From NCBI RefSeq assembly GCF_040269895.1, contig NZ_CP158568.1: DNA of 24,000 nucleotides; one strand, 5' to 3'. The DNA is from Methyloraptor flagellatus (GTDB lineage Bacteria; Pseudomonadota; Alphaproteobacteria; Rhizobiales; Ancalomicrobiaceae). Numbering within the stretch: position 1 is the first letter of the stretch; each line of letters begins with the position of its first letter. Shown here piece after piece: positions 1 to 7,931 of the stretch. The notes beneath the pieces are model-generated. The model was not told the DNA's origin. It ran no database searches and worked only from the letters and a program-made list of their open reading frames with translations. A program made the translations under genes and the position numbers.

Positions 1-34
1 CCGCGACTATATCGCGGTCGAAGACCGCGTCTGA
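1..34 (+). CDS. possible 3' end of a gene running off the left edge (...RDYIAVEDRV*)
   Basis: An open frame ends at TGA 32-34, and a strong intrinsic terminator lies 28 nt downstream. Too short to identify. Confidence 0.3.
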   Translation, partial: RDYIAVEDRV

Positions 35-61
35 GCCGCGGCGACACGGATCCCGACCTCA

Positions 62-92
62 ACGGGGCGCCTTCGGGCGCCCCGTTTCGTTT
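62..92 (+). terminator. Rho-independent terminator
   Basis: Perfect 10-bp stem ACGGGGCGCC (62-71) / GGCGCCCCGT (76-85) with a TTCG loop, followed by the T-rich tail TTCGTTT. Confidence 0.6.
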
Positions 93-139
93 GGCATGGT
101 GTGTCCGCGCGTATTGCTCCGGGAGTTCGGTTCCGCCGC

Positions 140-970
140 TCAGGACGCTGACCCGTGCTCGGGCGGCGCGCTCGGCGCGGCGACCGCCTCGGACGCTCCC
201 CGCCCCTCCGGCGCGACGATGCCGCCGGAGATGACGAACTTGGCGGCATCTTCAACGGACATGCCGAGAATCGTGACGTCCGCAGCTGGCAGGAACATCA
301 GATAGCCGCCGGTCGGATTGGGTGTGGTCGGGATGAACACCGCCAGCACGTCGTCCTCGGCCGTGGATCCATCGGCCCCCAGCGCACCGGAGGCCGTGCC
401 GACGTCCTCCGGCACATTGTCCGGCTCGGTTGCCTGCGCACTCATGAGCCGCTCCGCCTCGGCGAGCCGCGCCGCGCGGGCCTCGCCGATCCGGCGCGCG
501 ATCTCGCCGCGGACCGGGCCGGCGACGAAGACGATCGACCAGATCCCCGGCCGCGGCCATTCGATCAGGCCGACCTGCCGAAAGCTCTGTTCCTTGTTGG
601 CGACGAAGGTCTCGAAAACCTGCTTCAACGTCTTGTAGACCGGTCGCACGAAGGGCATGCGGTCGACGAGCTGTTCGCCGTAGGACAGCATGGTGCGGCC
701 GAGCAGGCTCGCCATCAGCGCACCGAGCATGGTGAAGCCGAGGAGCGCCACGACCAGGCCGAAGCCCGGCAGGGCGAAGGGCAAATAGCTGTCCGGGTTC
801 CAGGCGGCCGGCACCATCGGCTTGACGGTCGCGTCGACCCACTCGAGGAACGACTTCGCCAGATAGACCGTGATCGCCAGCGGACCGGCGACGACCACGC
901 CGGTGATGAAGCTGTTTCTCAGCCGAGCCGTCCAGCTCGTGCCGTGCAGACCGTCGGGACGTTCGGCCAT
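140..970 (-). CDS. DUF502 domain-containing membrane protein
   Basis: ORF 140..1090. Family-typical TM segments and the C-terminal FIPTTPNPTGGYLMFLPAADV...SVEDAAKFVISGG signature. I place the start at ATG 970 (MAERPDG), which has GGAG 7 nt upstream; the 40-aa extension from 1090 is Arg-rich. Confidence 0.85.
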   Translation of the reverse strand: MAERPDGLHGTSWTARLRNSFITGVVVAGPLAITVYLAKSFLEWVDATVKPMVPAAWNPDSYLPFALPGFGLVVALLGFTMLGALMASLLGRTMLSYGEQLVDRMPFVRPVYKTLKQVFETFVANKEQSFRQVGLIEWPRPGIWSIVFVAGPVRGEIARRIGEARAARLAEAERLMSAQATEPDNVPEDVGTASGALGADGSTAEDDVLAVFIPTTPNPTGGYLMFLPAADVTILGMSVEDAAKFVISGGIVAPEGRGASEAVAAPSAPPEHGSAS

Positions 971-1166
971 CCGGTTCTCCGCCAAGGCAGGCCTGCGCGC
1001 TGGTGGTCCGCCCCGCGTGCGCGGCAGGCGCGCCGTTGGCCGGGCCCTCATCCGGGCCGCCGAACCGGATCTAACCGTGCTGCGCTGCAACGCAAGGGCG
1101 GCGCGCCGCCGCTTCTGGCGAGGGGTCGATTGCGCCGGTCGGATCGCGTCGGCCGAGCGGACTTTC

Positions 1167-2390
1167 TCAGCCGGCCGGGATCGCGCGATAGGCTTCGCGG
1201 CCGGCGACGAAGGTGCGCCGGATCGCCGGCGCGCCGGCCTCGGGCCAGTCGACCAGAACGAGGTCGGCGCGCTTGCCCTCGGCGATCACGCCGCGATCGT
1301 CGAGCCCGGAGGCGCGGGCGGCATTGCCGGAGACCAGCGGCCAGAGCTGTTCCAACGGCGCGACATCATCGGCCTTCAGCCGCGCCATGGCGAGCAGCAT
1401 GGCCGGATAGTAATAGTCGGAGGCGAGCACGTCACAGAGGCCGGCGCGGATCATGTCGGCCGCGCCGGGCGAGCCGAGGTGGCTGCCGCCGCGCGCGGCG
1501 TTCGGCGCGCCGAACACCAGAATGTCGCCGGCCTCGCGCGCCGCACGCGCGACGGTCAGGTTCATCGGGAACTCGCTGACACGCGCGCCGAGGCCGCGAT
1601 AATAGTCGCGCGTCTCGGTTCGGCTGTCGTCGTGCGAGAACATCGGCACGCCGCGCGCGCGGCCGGCGCTCGCGACCTTGGCGATCGCCGCGGGCACCTC
1701 GGGACGGCGGTCCCAGATGTTGCGGATCAGCCGGACGAAGTCCTGCTTCGTCATGTGCGAACGCTTGGCGCGTTCCTCCATCTTGCCCTCGAAGGCCGGG
1801 CTGTCGATGTCGACCACGGGGAAGTTGGGATCCTGATCGAACGGCCGGTCCTGCATCGGCACGGCCGGGTCGAGCAGCGCCATGGACGTGTGATCGTTGA
1901 AGGCGATCGAGGGTGCGAGCGGGCCGGCGAGCGCCGCCTCGATCAGCTCGATCGCCTCGAAGCAGAAGGTCTCCCAGCGCAGCTGCACCCGGTTCTCGAC
2001 CGTCAGGCGGGGCGCGAGGTCACGCAGACCCTCGACGATGGCGCGCCCGTTGGCGACCGAGCGCAGGCCCGGCTCCCAGCTCAGCGTCAGTGCGTGATAG
2101 GTGGTGGCGATGCCGTTGGCGGCGAGCTGGCGATCGGTCTCGAGCAGCGCCGGCGCGATCGGCAGGCCGACGCCGGGGCGCGGCATGACCTGGCGCTCGA
2201 AGGCGTCGCCATGGACGTCGATTAGCGCCGGCGCGAGCAGGAAGCCGCGACCGTCGATCACGGTCGCCCCGTCGCGGGCGCCGTCAATTGCGGTGATCAC
2301 GCCATCCTCGAAGCGAACCGATGCGGTCGCGACGCGATCCGCGAAAATCACCCGCGCCCCTTCGATCACCGTCGCCGATTGCTCCGCCAT
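1167..2390 (-). CDS. PhnM-family amidohydrolase (alpha-D-ribose 1-methylphosphonate 5-triphosphate diphosphatase-like), with no other phn genes nearby
   Basis: ORF 1167..2498. Matches to E. coli PhnM recalled from memory: DVHGDAFE, SHDD, GAPNAARGGSH, SDYYYPAML, RGVIAEGKRADLVLV. Start set at ATG 2390 (MAEQSATVIEG), preceded by GAGAAGGGG. Confidence 0.85.
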   Translation of the reverse strand: MAEQSATVIEGARVIFADRVATASVRFEDGVITAIDGARDGATVIDGRGFLLAPALIDVHGDAFERQVMPRPGVGLPIAPALLETDRQLAANGIATTYHALTLSWEPGLRSVANGRAIVEGLRDLAPRLTVENRVQLRWETFCFEAIELIEAALAGPLAPSIAFNDHTSMALLDPAVPMQDRPFDQDPNFPVVDIDSPAFEGKMEERAKRSHMTKQDFVRLIRNIWDRRPEVPAAIAKVASAGRARGVPMFSHDDSRTETRDYYRGLGARVSEFPMNLTVARAAREAGDILVFGAPNAARGGSHLGSPGAADMIRAGLCDVLASDYYYPAMLLAMARLKADDVAPLEQLWPLVSGNAARASGLDDRGVIAEGKRADLVLVDWPEAGAPAIRRTFVAGREAYRAIPAG

Positions 2391-2519
2391 CTGCCGCCCC
2401 TTCTCGAATCGCGATGCGCCCGTCCCCAGGGCGCCGAGCGGCGACCTTTGGAGCGCGATCGTGACGTTGCGATGTCGCGGGAGGACGATGGCGGGCATGG
2501 CTGGGTGGCCGAGATGCGC

Positions 2520-2528
2520 GGGGGGGGG
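2520..2528. repeat. homopolymeric G9 tract in the divergent intergenic region
   Basis: Nine consecutive G between the amidohydrolase start (2390) and the marR start (2605). Confidence 0.9.
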
Positions 2529-2571
2529 ACGGGCGGTACGCCCATCGACAAGATGCCCACCTTAAGTGTTG

Positions 2572-2604
2572 GACAGCATACTGCCAATTTGGCAGTATGC
2601 TGTC
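2572..2604. promoter_or_regulatory. perfect 33-bp palindrome (16-1-16), candidate MarR operator
   Basis: GACAGCATACTGCCAA-T-TTGGCAGTATGCTGTC. It ends on the base immediately before the marR ATG at 2605. Confidence 0.6.
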
Positions 2605-3078
2605 ATGACAAACGACAGCGCCCCTTTCGATCATCCCGCGAACGCGCTCGTGCTGGAGGTTTTCCGCCTCAACGGCGCCCTGATCCGGTTCGGCGACGCG
2701 CTGGTCCGGCCCCTGGGTCTGACCAGCGCCCGCTGGCAGGTGCTGGGCTCGATCGCGCATGGCCGAGGCACGTTCTCGGTCGCCCGGCTCGCCGACAACA
2801 TGGGTCTGGCGCGCCAGTCGGTGCAGCGGGTCGTCGACGAGCTTGCCGACGCCGGGCTGGTCGGCTTCGCGCCGAACCCGGCCCATAAGCGCGCCAAACT
2901 GGTCTTGATGACACCGGCCGGCGAAGACGCATTCAACCGGGCCAGCGCGCTCTGGCGGCCAGTCGCCGAGGCGATGCTGGCATCGCTCGAAGCGCGACGG
3001 ATCGCCGAAACCACCGAGGCTCTCGCCACGCTGCGCGTGCAGATCGAGGAGCGAGACATGGACAGGAGTGAGGAATGA
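2605..3078 (+). CDS. MarR family transcriptional regulator
   Basis: ORF 2566..3078. Winged-HTH MarR pattern (LTSARWQVLGSI...VARLADNMGLARQSVQRVVDELADAGLV...NPAHKRAKLVLMTPAG). Start taken at ATG 2605; the GTG at 2566 would put the palindrome inside the CDS. Confidence 0.85.
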   Translation: MTNDSAPFDHPANALVLEVFRLNGALIRFGDALVRPLGLTSARWQVLGSIAHGRGTFSVARLADNMGLARQSVQRVVDELADAGLVGFAPNPAHKRAKLVLMTPAGEDAFNRASALWRPVAEAMLASLEARRIAETTEALATLRVQIEERDMDRSEE

Positions 3079-3527
3079 TCAAGATGCTGCACCCGGTCGC
3101 CGGGATCATCGCCTTTTTCACCATCCTCGCCTTCTGGACGTCCTCGGTCGCCGCCGAGCTCGGCGGCGTCGAAGCCTGGATCGCCGTCGTCAAGCGCGAC
3201 ATCCTCTGGGGATTGCTGCTGCTGATCCCCTGCATGGCCATCACCGGCAGCACGGGTTTCAGGCTGGGCGGCACGTCGCCGAGCCCGGTGGTCGCGAGGA
3301 AGCGGTGCCGGATGCCGCTGATCGCTCTCAACGGCCTGATCGTGCTCCTCCCCTGCGCCGTCATCCTGCATCTGCGCGCGAGCGCGGGCCTGTTCGATCT
3401 GACGTTCGGCATCGTCCAGGCGGTGGAACTCATCGCCGGCGCGCTCAACCTGACCCTGATCGGCCTCAACATTCGGGACGGCTTCAAGCGGACCGGCCGC
3501 TTCCGTCGAAAAGCATCGGCCACCTAA
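3075..3527 (+). CDS. hypothetical integral membrane protein (about 4 TM helices)
   Basis: ORF 3075..3527. Four hydrophobic segments. Its ATG overlaps the marR stop (ATGA at 3075-3078), which suggests translational coupling. Confidence 0.7.
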   Translation: MIKMLHPVAGIIAFFTILAFWTSSVAAELGGVEAWIAVVKRDILWGLLLLIPCMAITGSTGFRLGGTSPSPVVARKRCRMPLIALNGLIVLLPCAVILHLRASAGLFDLTFGIVQAVELIAGALNLTLIGLNIRDGFKRTGRFRRKASAT

Positions 3528-3574
3528 CAACCGCCGACCATGGCCCGCTCCGAGAAGACGGAAGGACTTGACCC

Positions 3575-4108
3575 ATGTCGCTGAAGAGCTCACCCGATCG
3601 GTACGGGATCGTCGCGGTCACGGTCCATTGGCTCGCCGCCGGTCTGATCGTGGCCCTGTTGTTTTCCGGCTTCCGGGCTGCCGGACTGCACGACGCCGCC
3701 GCCAAGGCCATGGTGCTGCGGATCCATTTTATGGCCGCCGTTCTCGTCCTGAGTTTGACGGCGTTCCGGATCGGCTGGTGGCTGTTGTGGGACGACAAAC
3801 CGTCTCCGCCACCCGGCTCCACGCGACTGCAGGCCTTCCTGGCCGCTGCCGTGCACGGGCTGCTCTATGTCGTGGTGCTCGGCATGATCGCCAGCGGCGT
3901 CGGCATGGTCGGCGTCAGCGGCGCCATTGCGATCCTCACCACCGATGTGACCGTCCTACCGGACTTCTGGCGCTATCCCCCGCGCATCCCGCACGGATTG
4001 GGCGCCAGTCTCATGCTCGGTCTCCTCGGCCTCCACGTCGCGGCCGCGCTCTATCACCATTTCGTCCGCCGGGACGGAGCGCTCGGACGCATGTGGCTCT
4101 CAAGGTGA
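3575..4108 (+). CDS. cytochrome b561 family protein (CybB-like)
   Basis: ORF 3575..4108. Four TM helices with His in VTVHWL, LRIHFM, AAVHGLLY and GLHVAAALYHHF, as in the di-haem cytochrome b561 family. GGAAGGA lies upstream of the ATG. Confidence 0.85.
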   Translation: MSLKSSPDRYGIVAVTVHWLAAGLIVALLFSGFRAAGLHDAAAKAMVLRIHFMAAVLVLSLTAFRIGWWLLWDDKPSPPPGSTRLQAFLAAAVHGLLYVVVLGMIASGVGMVGVSGAIAILTTDVTVLPDFWRYPPRIPHGLGASLMLGLLGLHVAAALYHHFVRRDGALGRMWLSR

Positions 4109-4222
4109 GAGGCGCCTTTCGGTCAGCGCAGCTCTGCCGGGCCGCCGGAGACCTCGTCCGGCCCATTCAGGATCATGGCGGACACAGGTCGAGACCCGGT
4201 CTGCCATTCGTCCCCTTCTCCC

Positions 4223-6079
4223 TCACTCCACCGTCACCGACTTCGCCAGGTTGCGCGGCTGGTCCACGTCCGTGCCCATCAGCACCGCCGTGTGGTAGGC
4301 GAGCAGCTGTACCGGTACGGCGTAGACGATCGGGGCGACCAGGTCGGACATGGTCGGCAGCACGATCGTCTCGGTCGCCTCGAGGCTGATCGCCTCGGCG
4401 CCGGCCTCGTCGGTGATCAGGATGATGCGGCCGCCGCGGGCGGCGACTTCCTGCATGTTCGAGACGGTCTTCTCGTAGAGCCGGTCGTGCGGCGCGATCA
4501 CCACGACCGGCATGGTCTCGTCGATCAGCGCGATCGGGCCGTGCTTCAGCTCGCCTGCGGCATAGCCCTCAGCGTGGATGTAGGAGATCTCCTTGAGCTT
4601 AAGCGCGCCCTCGAGCGCGAGCGGGAAGCTGGTGCCGCGGCCGAGATAGAGCACGTCCTTGGCCTTCGAGATGCGCTTGGCCAGCCGCTCGATCGTCAGT
4701 TCGAGCCGCAGCGCCTCGGTGACGAGGCGCGGCACGGCGGCGAGTTCGGCGACCAGCGCCTGTTCCTCGGCCTCGTTGATGGCGCCGCGCGCCCGACCGG
4801 CGGCGACCGCCAGCGCGGCGAGCACCGAGAGCTGGCAGGTGAAAGCCTTGGTCGAGGCGACGCCGATCTCGGCGCCGGCGAGCGTCGGGAACACGATGTC
4901 GGCCTCGCGGCCGATGCTCGAGGCCGGCACGTTGACGACCGCGCCGATGGTCTGGCCGTGCTGCTTGCAGTAGCGCAGCGAGGCGAGCGTATCGGCGGTC
5001 TCGCCCGACTGCGAGACGAACAGCGCCAGGCCCTTCTCCGGCAGCGGCGCCTCGCGGTAGCGGAACTCGGAGGCGACGTCGATATCGACGCCGATGCGCG
5101 CGATCCGCTCGAACCAGTACTTGGCGACCAGGCCCGCGTAGTAGGCGGTGCCGCAGGCCGAGATGGTGATGCGGTCGAGCGAAGCCCAGTCGACCCCGCC
5201 GACACCGACGCTGGCACGGGGGCCGCTCGCCTCGGGCAGGCGCGTGCGGCCGGCGGTCAGGTCGAGGTAGTGGCCGAGCGTATGGCCGATCACCTCGGGC
5301 TGCTCGTGGATCTCCTTGGCCATGAAGTGCCGATAGTTGCCGCGATCGACCGTGAAGGCGGCGGCGTTGGAGATCACCATCGGACGCTGGACCGGATTGT
5401 CAGCGGCGTCATAGATCGCCGCGCCCGAGCGATGCAGCACGGCGTAGTCGCCGTCTTCGAGATAGGTGACGCGGTCGGTGAAGGGGGCGAGCGCGATCGC
5501 ATCCGAGCCGAAATACATCTCGCCGTCGCCCCAGCCGATCGCGAGCGGCGGGCCGGAGCGGGCGCCGATCAGGAGATCGCCGTCGGTCGGAAACAGGAAC
5601 AGCAGCGCGTAGGCGCCGGTCAGCAGCTTCAGCGTCGCGGCGACGGCCTCCTTGGGCGGCAGCCCTTCGTCGAGATAGCGCGTGACCAGATGCGCGACGA
5701 CCTCGGTGTCGGTCTCCGACTTGAACTCGTGGCCGGCGCCGATCAGGAAGGTCTTCAGCTCGCGGAAGTTCTCGATGATGCCGTTGTGCACGACCGCGAC
5801 GCGCTCGGTCGCGTGCGGGTGGGCGTTCTTCTCGGTGACGCCGCCGTGGGTCGCCCAGCGGGTGTGGCCGATGCCGATCGCGCCGGCGAGCGGCGATTCG
5901 CTAAGCACGGCCTCGAGATTGCGCAGCTTGCCGACCGCGCGGCGGCGCGCGAACGTGCCGTCCGGCTCGATCGTGGCGACGCCGGCGGAATCATAGCCGC
6001 GGTATTCGAGACGCTTCAGCGCATCGACGAGTTCGTGGGCGACCGAGCTCTTGCCGAGAATTCCAATGATGCCGCACAT
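4223..6079 (-). CDS. glmS: glutamine--fructose-6-phosphate aminotransferase (isomerizing)
   Basis: ORF 4223..6079. N-terminal MCGIIG nucleophile, two SIS domains, C-terminal ...NLAKSVTVE. GAGAGGAAG RBS. Confidence 0.97.
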   Translation of the reverse strand: MCGIIGILGKSSVAHELVDALKRLEYRGYDSAGVATIEPDGTFARRRAVGKLRNLEAVLSESPLAGAIGIGHTRWATHGGVTEKNAHPHATERVAVVHNGIIENFRELKTFLIGAGHEFKSETDTEVVAHLVTRYLDEGLPPKEAVAATLKLLTGAYALLFLFPTDGDLLIGARSGPPLAIGWGDGEMYFGSDAIALAPFTDRVTYLEDGDYAVLHRSGAAIYDAADNPVQRPMVISNAAAFTVDRGNYRHFMAKEIHEQPEVIGHTLGHYLDLTAGRTRLPEASGPRASVGVGGVDWASLDRITISACGTAYYAGLVAKYWFERIARIGVDIDVASEFRYREAPLPEKGLALFVSQSGETADTLASLRYCKQHGQTIGAVVNVPASSIGREADIVFPTLAGAEIGVASTKAFTCQLSVLAALAVAAGRARGAINEAEEQALVAELAAVPRLVTEALRLELTIERLAKRISKAKDVLYLGRGTSFPLALEGALKLKEISYIHAEGYAAGELKHGPIALIDETMPVVVIAPHDRLYEKTVSNMQEVAARGGRIILITDEAGAEAISLEATETIVLPTMSDLVAPIVYAVPVQLLAYHTAVLMGTDVDQPRNLAKSVTVE

Positions 6080-6237
6080 GAAGCCGTCTTCCTCTCATCG
6101 ATCGATCGCCGACGCCCGCCCGGTCTTCAACGACCCGCGTGCCTTCCGCTTGTCACATCCGCCGAGAGACCATGTGGTCCCGGCCGTCCCATTCCGAGCA
6201 CTGCGGCGAAACACGTAGCCGAGCGCGTGCAAGCCTC

Positions 6238-6265
6238 GAAATCACATTCCGTGTCGGAGTTTGAC
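6238..6265 (-). promoter_or_regulatory. 28-nt motif, copy A (158 nt upstream of the glmS ATG), shared with the lpxA upstream region
   Basis: GAAATCACATTCCGTGTCGGAGTTTGAC matches 21053-21080 at 24 of 28 positions, in the same orientation relative to the downstream minus-strand gene. Confidence 0.35.
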
Positions 6266-6313
6266 AGGCAGGCCGGACGACGCCCGGCCGATGCCCGAAC
6301 CGGACACGGATTT

Positions 6314-7674
6314 TCATCCGCGCTTCTTCGCCGCCACCTCGGCCGCCTTGGCGGCGCGGAACGTCGCCGCCCAGCCATCCTTGACCACCTGCCGGCCGCG
6401 ACCGATCGCCAGCGCATCGGCCGGCACATCGTCGGTGATCACGCTGCCGGAGCCGATATAGGCGCCGTCGCCGATCTTGACGGGGGCGACCAGCGACGAG
6501 TTCGAGCCGACGAAGGCGCCGGCGCCGATCTCGGTCAGGTACTTGCCGAAGCCGTCGTAATTGCAGGTGATCGTGCCGGCGCCGATGTTCGACTTGGCGC
6601 CGACCACGGCATCGCCGATGTAGGTCAGGTGGTTGACCTTGGCGCCATCGCCGATGCGGCCGTTCTTGATCTCGACGAAGTTGCCGACATGCGCGTCGGC
6701 GCCGATGTCGGCCCCCGGGCGCAGACGCGAATAGGGGCCGACGATTGCGCCGCCCGCGACCTTGGCGCCTTCGAGATGGGAAAAGGCGCGGATGCGCGCG
6801 CCCGCCTCGATCGCGACGCCGGGGCCGAACACGACGTTCGGCTCGACGATCACGTCGCGACCGATGACCGTGTCATGGGCGAAGAACACGGTCTCCGGCG
6901 CGACCAGCGTGACGCCGGCGGCCATGGCACGGGTGCGGGCGCGGGTCTGGAACACCGCCTCGCAGGCGGCGAGCTGGGCGCGATCGTTGACGCCGAGGAA
7001 CTCCTCGGCCGGGCCTTCGACCGCGACCGCCTGGAGCCCGCGCGCGGTGGCGATCTCGACCGCATCGGTCAGATAGTACTCGCCCTTGGCATTGGCGTTG
7101 CCGATCGCGTCGAGGATCGACAGCAGGCCGGCGCCGCGGAAGCCCATGATGCCGGAATTGCAGAAGTCGATCGCCTTCTCGGCGGCGCTGGCGTCCTTTT
7201 CCTCGCGGATGGCGACGAGCCGGCCGCCCTCGGTCAGGAGCCGGCCGTAGCCGGTTGGCGTCGGCGTGCGGAAGCCGAGCACCACGACATGGGCGCCGCC
7301 GGCAAGCCGATCGCGCACGCCGCGCAGGGTCTCGGGCGTGACTAGCGGCGTGTCGCCATAGAGGACAATGACGTCGTCTACGCCGGCCTCGATGGCGGTG
7401 CGCGCCTGGAGCACCGCATGGGCGGTGCCGAGCCGGTCGGTCTGAACGAAGACGCCGGCCGCCGGCGCGGCGGCGCGCACGGTCTTCTCGACGGCGCTCG
7501 CGTTCGGACCGATCACGGCGGCGAGGCTGTCCGCGCCCGCGGCCTGCGCCGCCGCGATCACATGCCCGACCATCGGCCGACCGGCGATCTCGTGCAGCAC
7601 CTTGGGCAGGGCGGACTTCATCCGCGTCCCTCGCCCGCCGCGAGCACGATCATCAGACAGGAACGCTCAGCCAT
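6314..7674 (-). CDS. glmU: bifunctional UDP-N-acetylglucosamine diphosphorylase / glucosamine-1-phosphate N-acetyltransferase, interrupted as sequenced by a 1-nt frameshift near 7627-7631
   Basis: Body is ORF 6314..7621 ([17 protein letters not shown]..., left-handed beta-helix hexapeptide repeats at the C-terminus). The expected N-terminus [16 protein letters not shown] (ATG 7674) is in another frame and hits TGA at 7620-7618. The span is 1361 nt (2 mod 3). Confidence 0.9.
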
Positions 7675-7931
7675 CGGCTCCTCCGCCCTTCGCACCGCAA
7701 ATGCGCGGCCCGGAGCGCCGGGACCGCCGGCCTGCCGCCGCGGCGGTGCCTCGGCTGCGCGGAAGACCATGCCGAACCGGCGCCGTCAAGCGCAACGGTC
7801 GCCCCGGACGGCCGCCCGCCGCGGCCGGCGAGCCCGCCCTTTGGGAAAGCGTGCCTTTTCGGCCGCACCGGGCGAGGACCCGCACCCTTCGCCACGCAAA
7901 AGTCTTCGCGCGGGTGCTATCGTGATCCATC

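Noticed and set aside
971-1090. Longer N-terminal extensions of the DUF502 ORF (to 1090) and the PhnM-like ORF (to 2498)
   Set aside because: The extensions are Arg/Pro-rich and lack RBSs, whereas the internal ATGs at 970 and 2390 have good GGAG-type sites.
155-2225. Plus-strand ORFs 155..1579 and 870..2225 (474 and 451 aa)
   Set aside because: Antisense to the DUF502 and PhnM-like genes. The translations are Arg-rich and low-complexity.
2566-2604. GTG 2566 as the marR start
   Set aside because: It would add MLDSILPIWQYAV encoded entirely by the palindrome. MarR homologues align from about MTNDS. It remains an alternative because ATG 2605 lacks an SD.
6080-6313. glmS ribozyme upstream of glmS
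   Set aside because: To my knowledge that ribozyme is characteristic of Gram-positive lineages, and I could not recognise its conserved core here. A covariance-model search (Rfam glmS) would be the decisive test.
4175-7345. 1056-aa plus-strand ORF spanning glmS and glmU
   Set aside because: It is antisense to two unmistakable conserved genes. The translation is low-complexity and rich in Arg, Gly, Asp and Ala. Open antisense frames are expected at this GC content.
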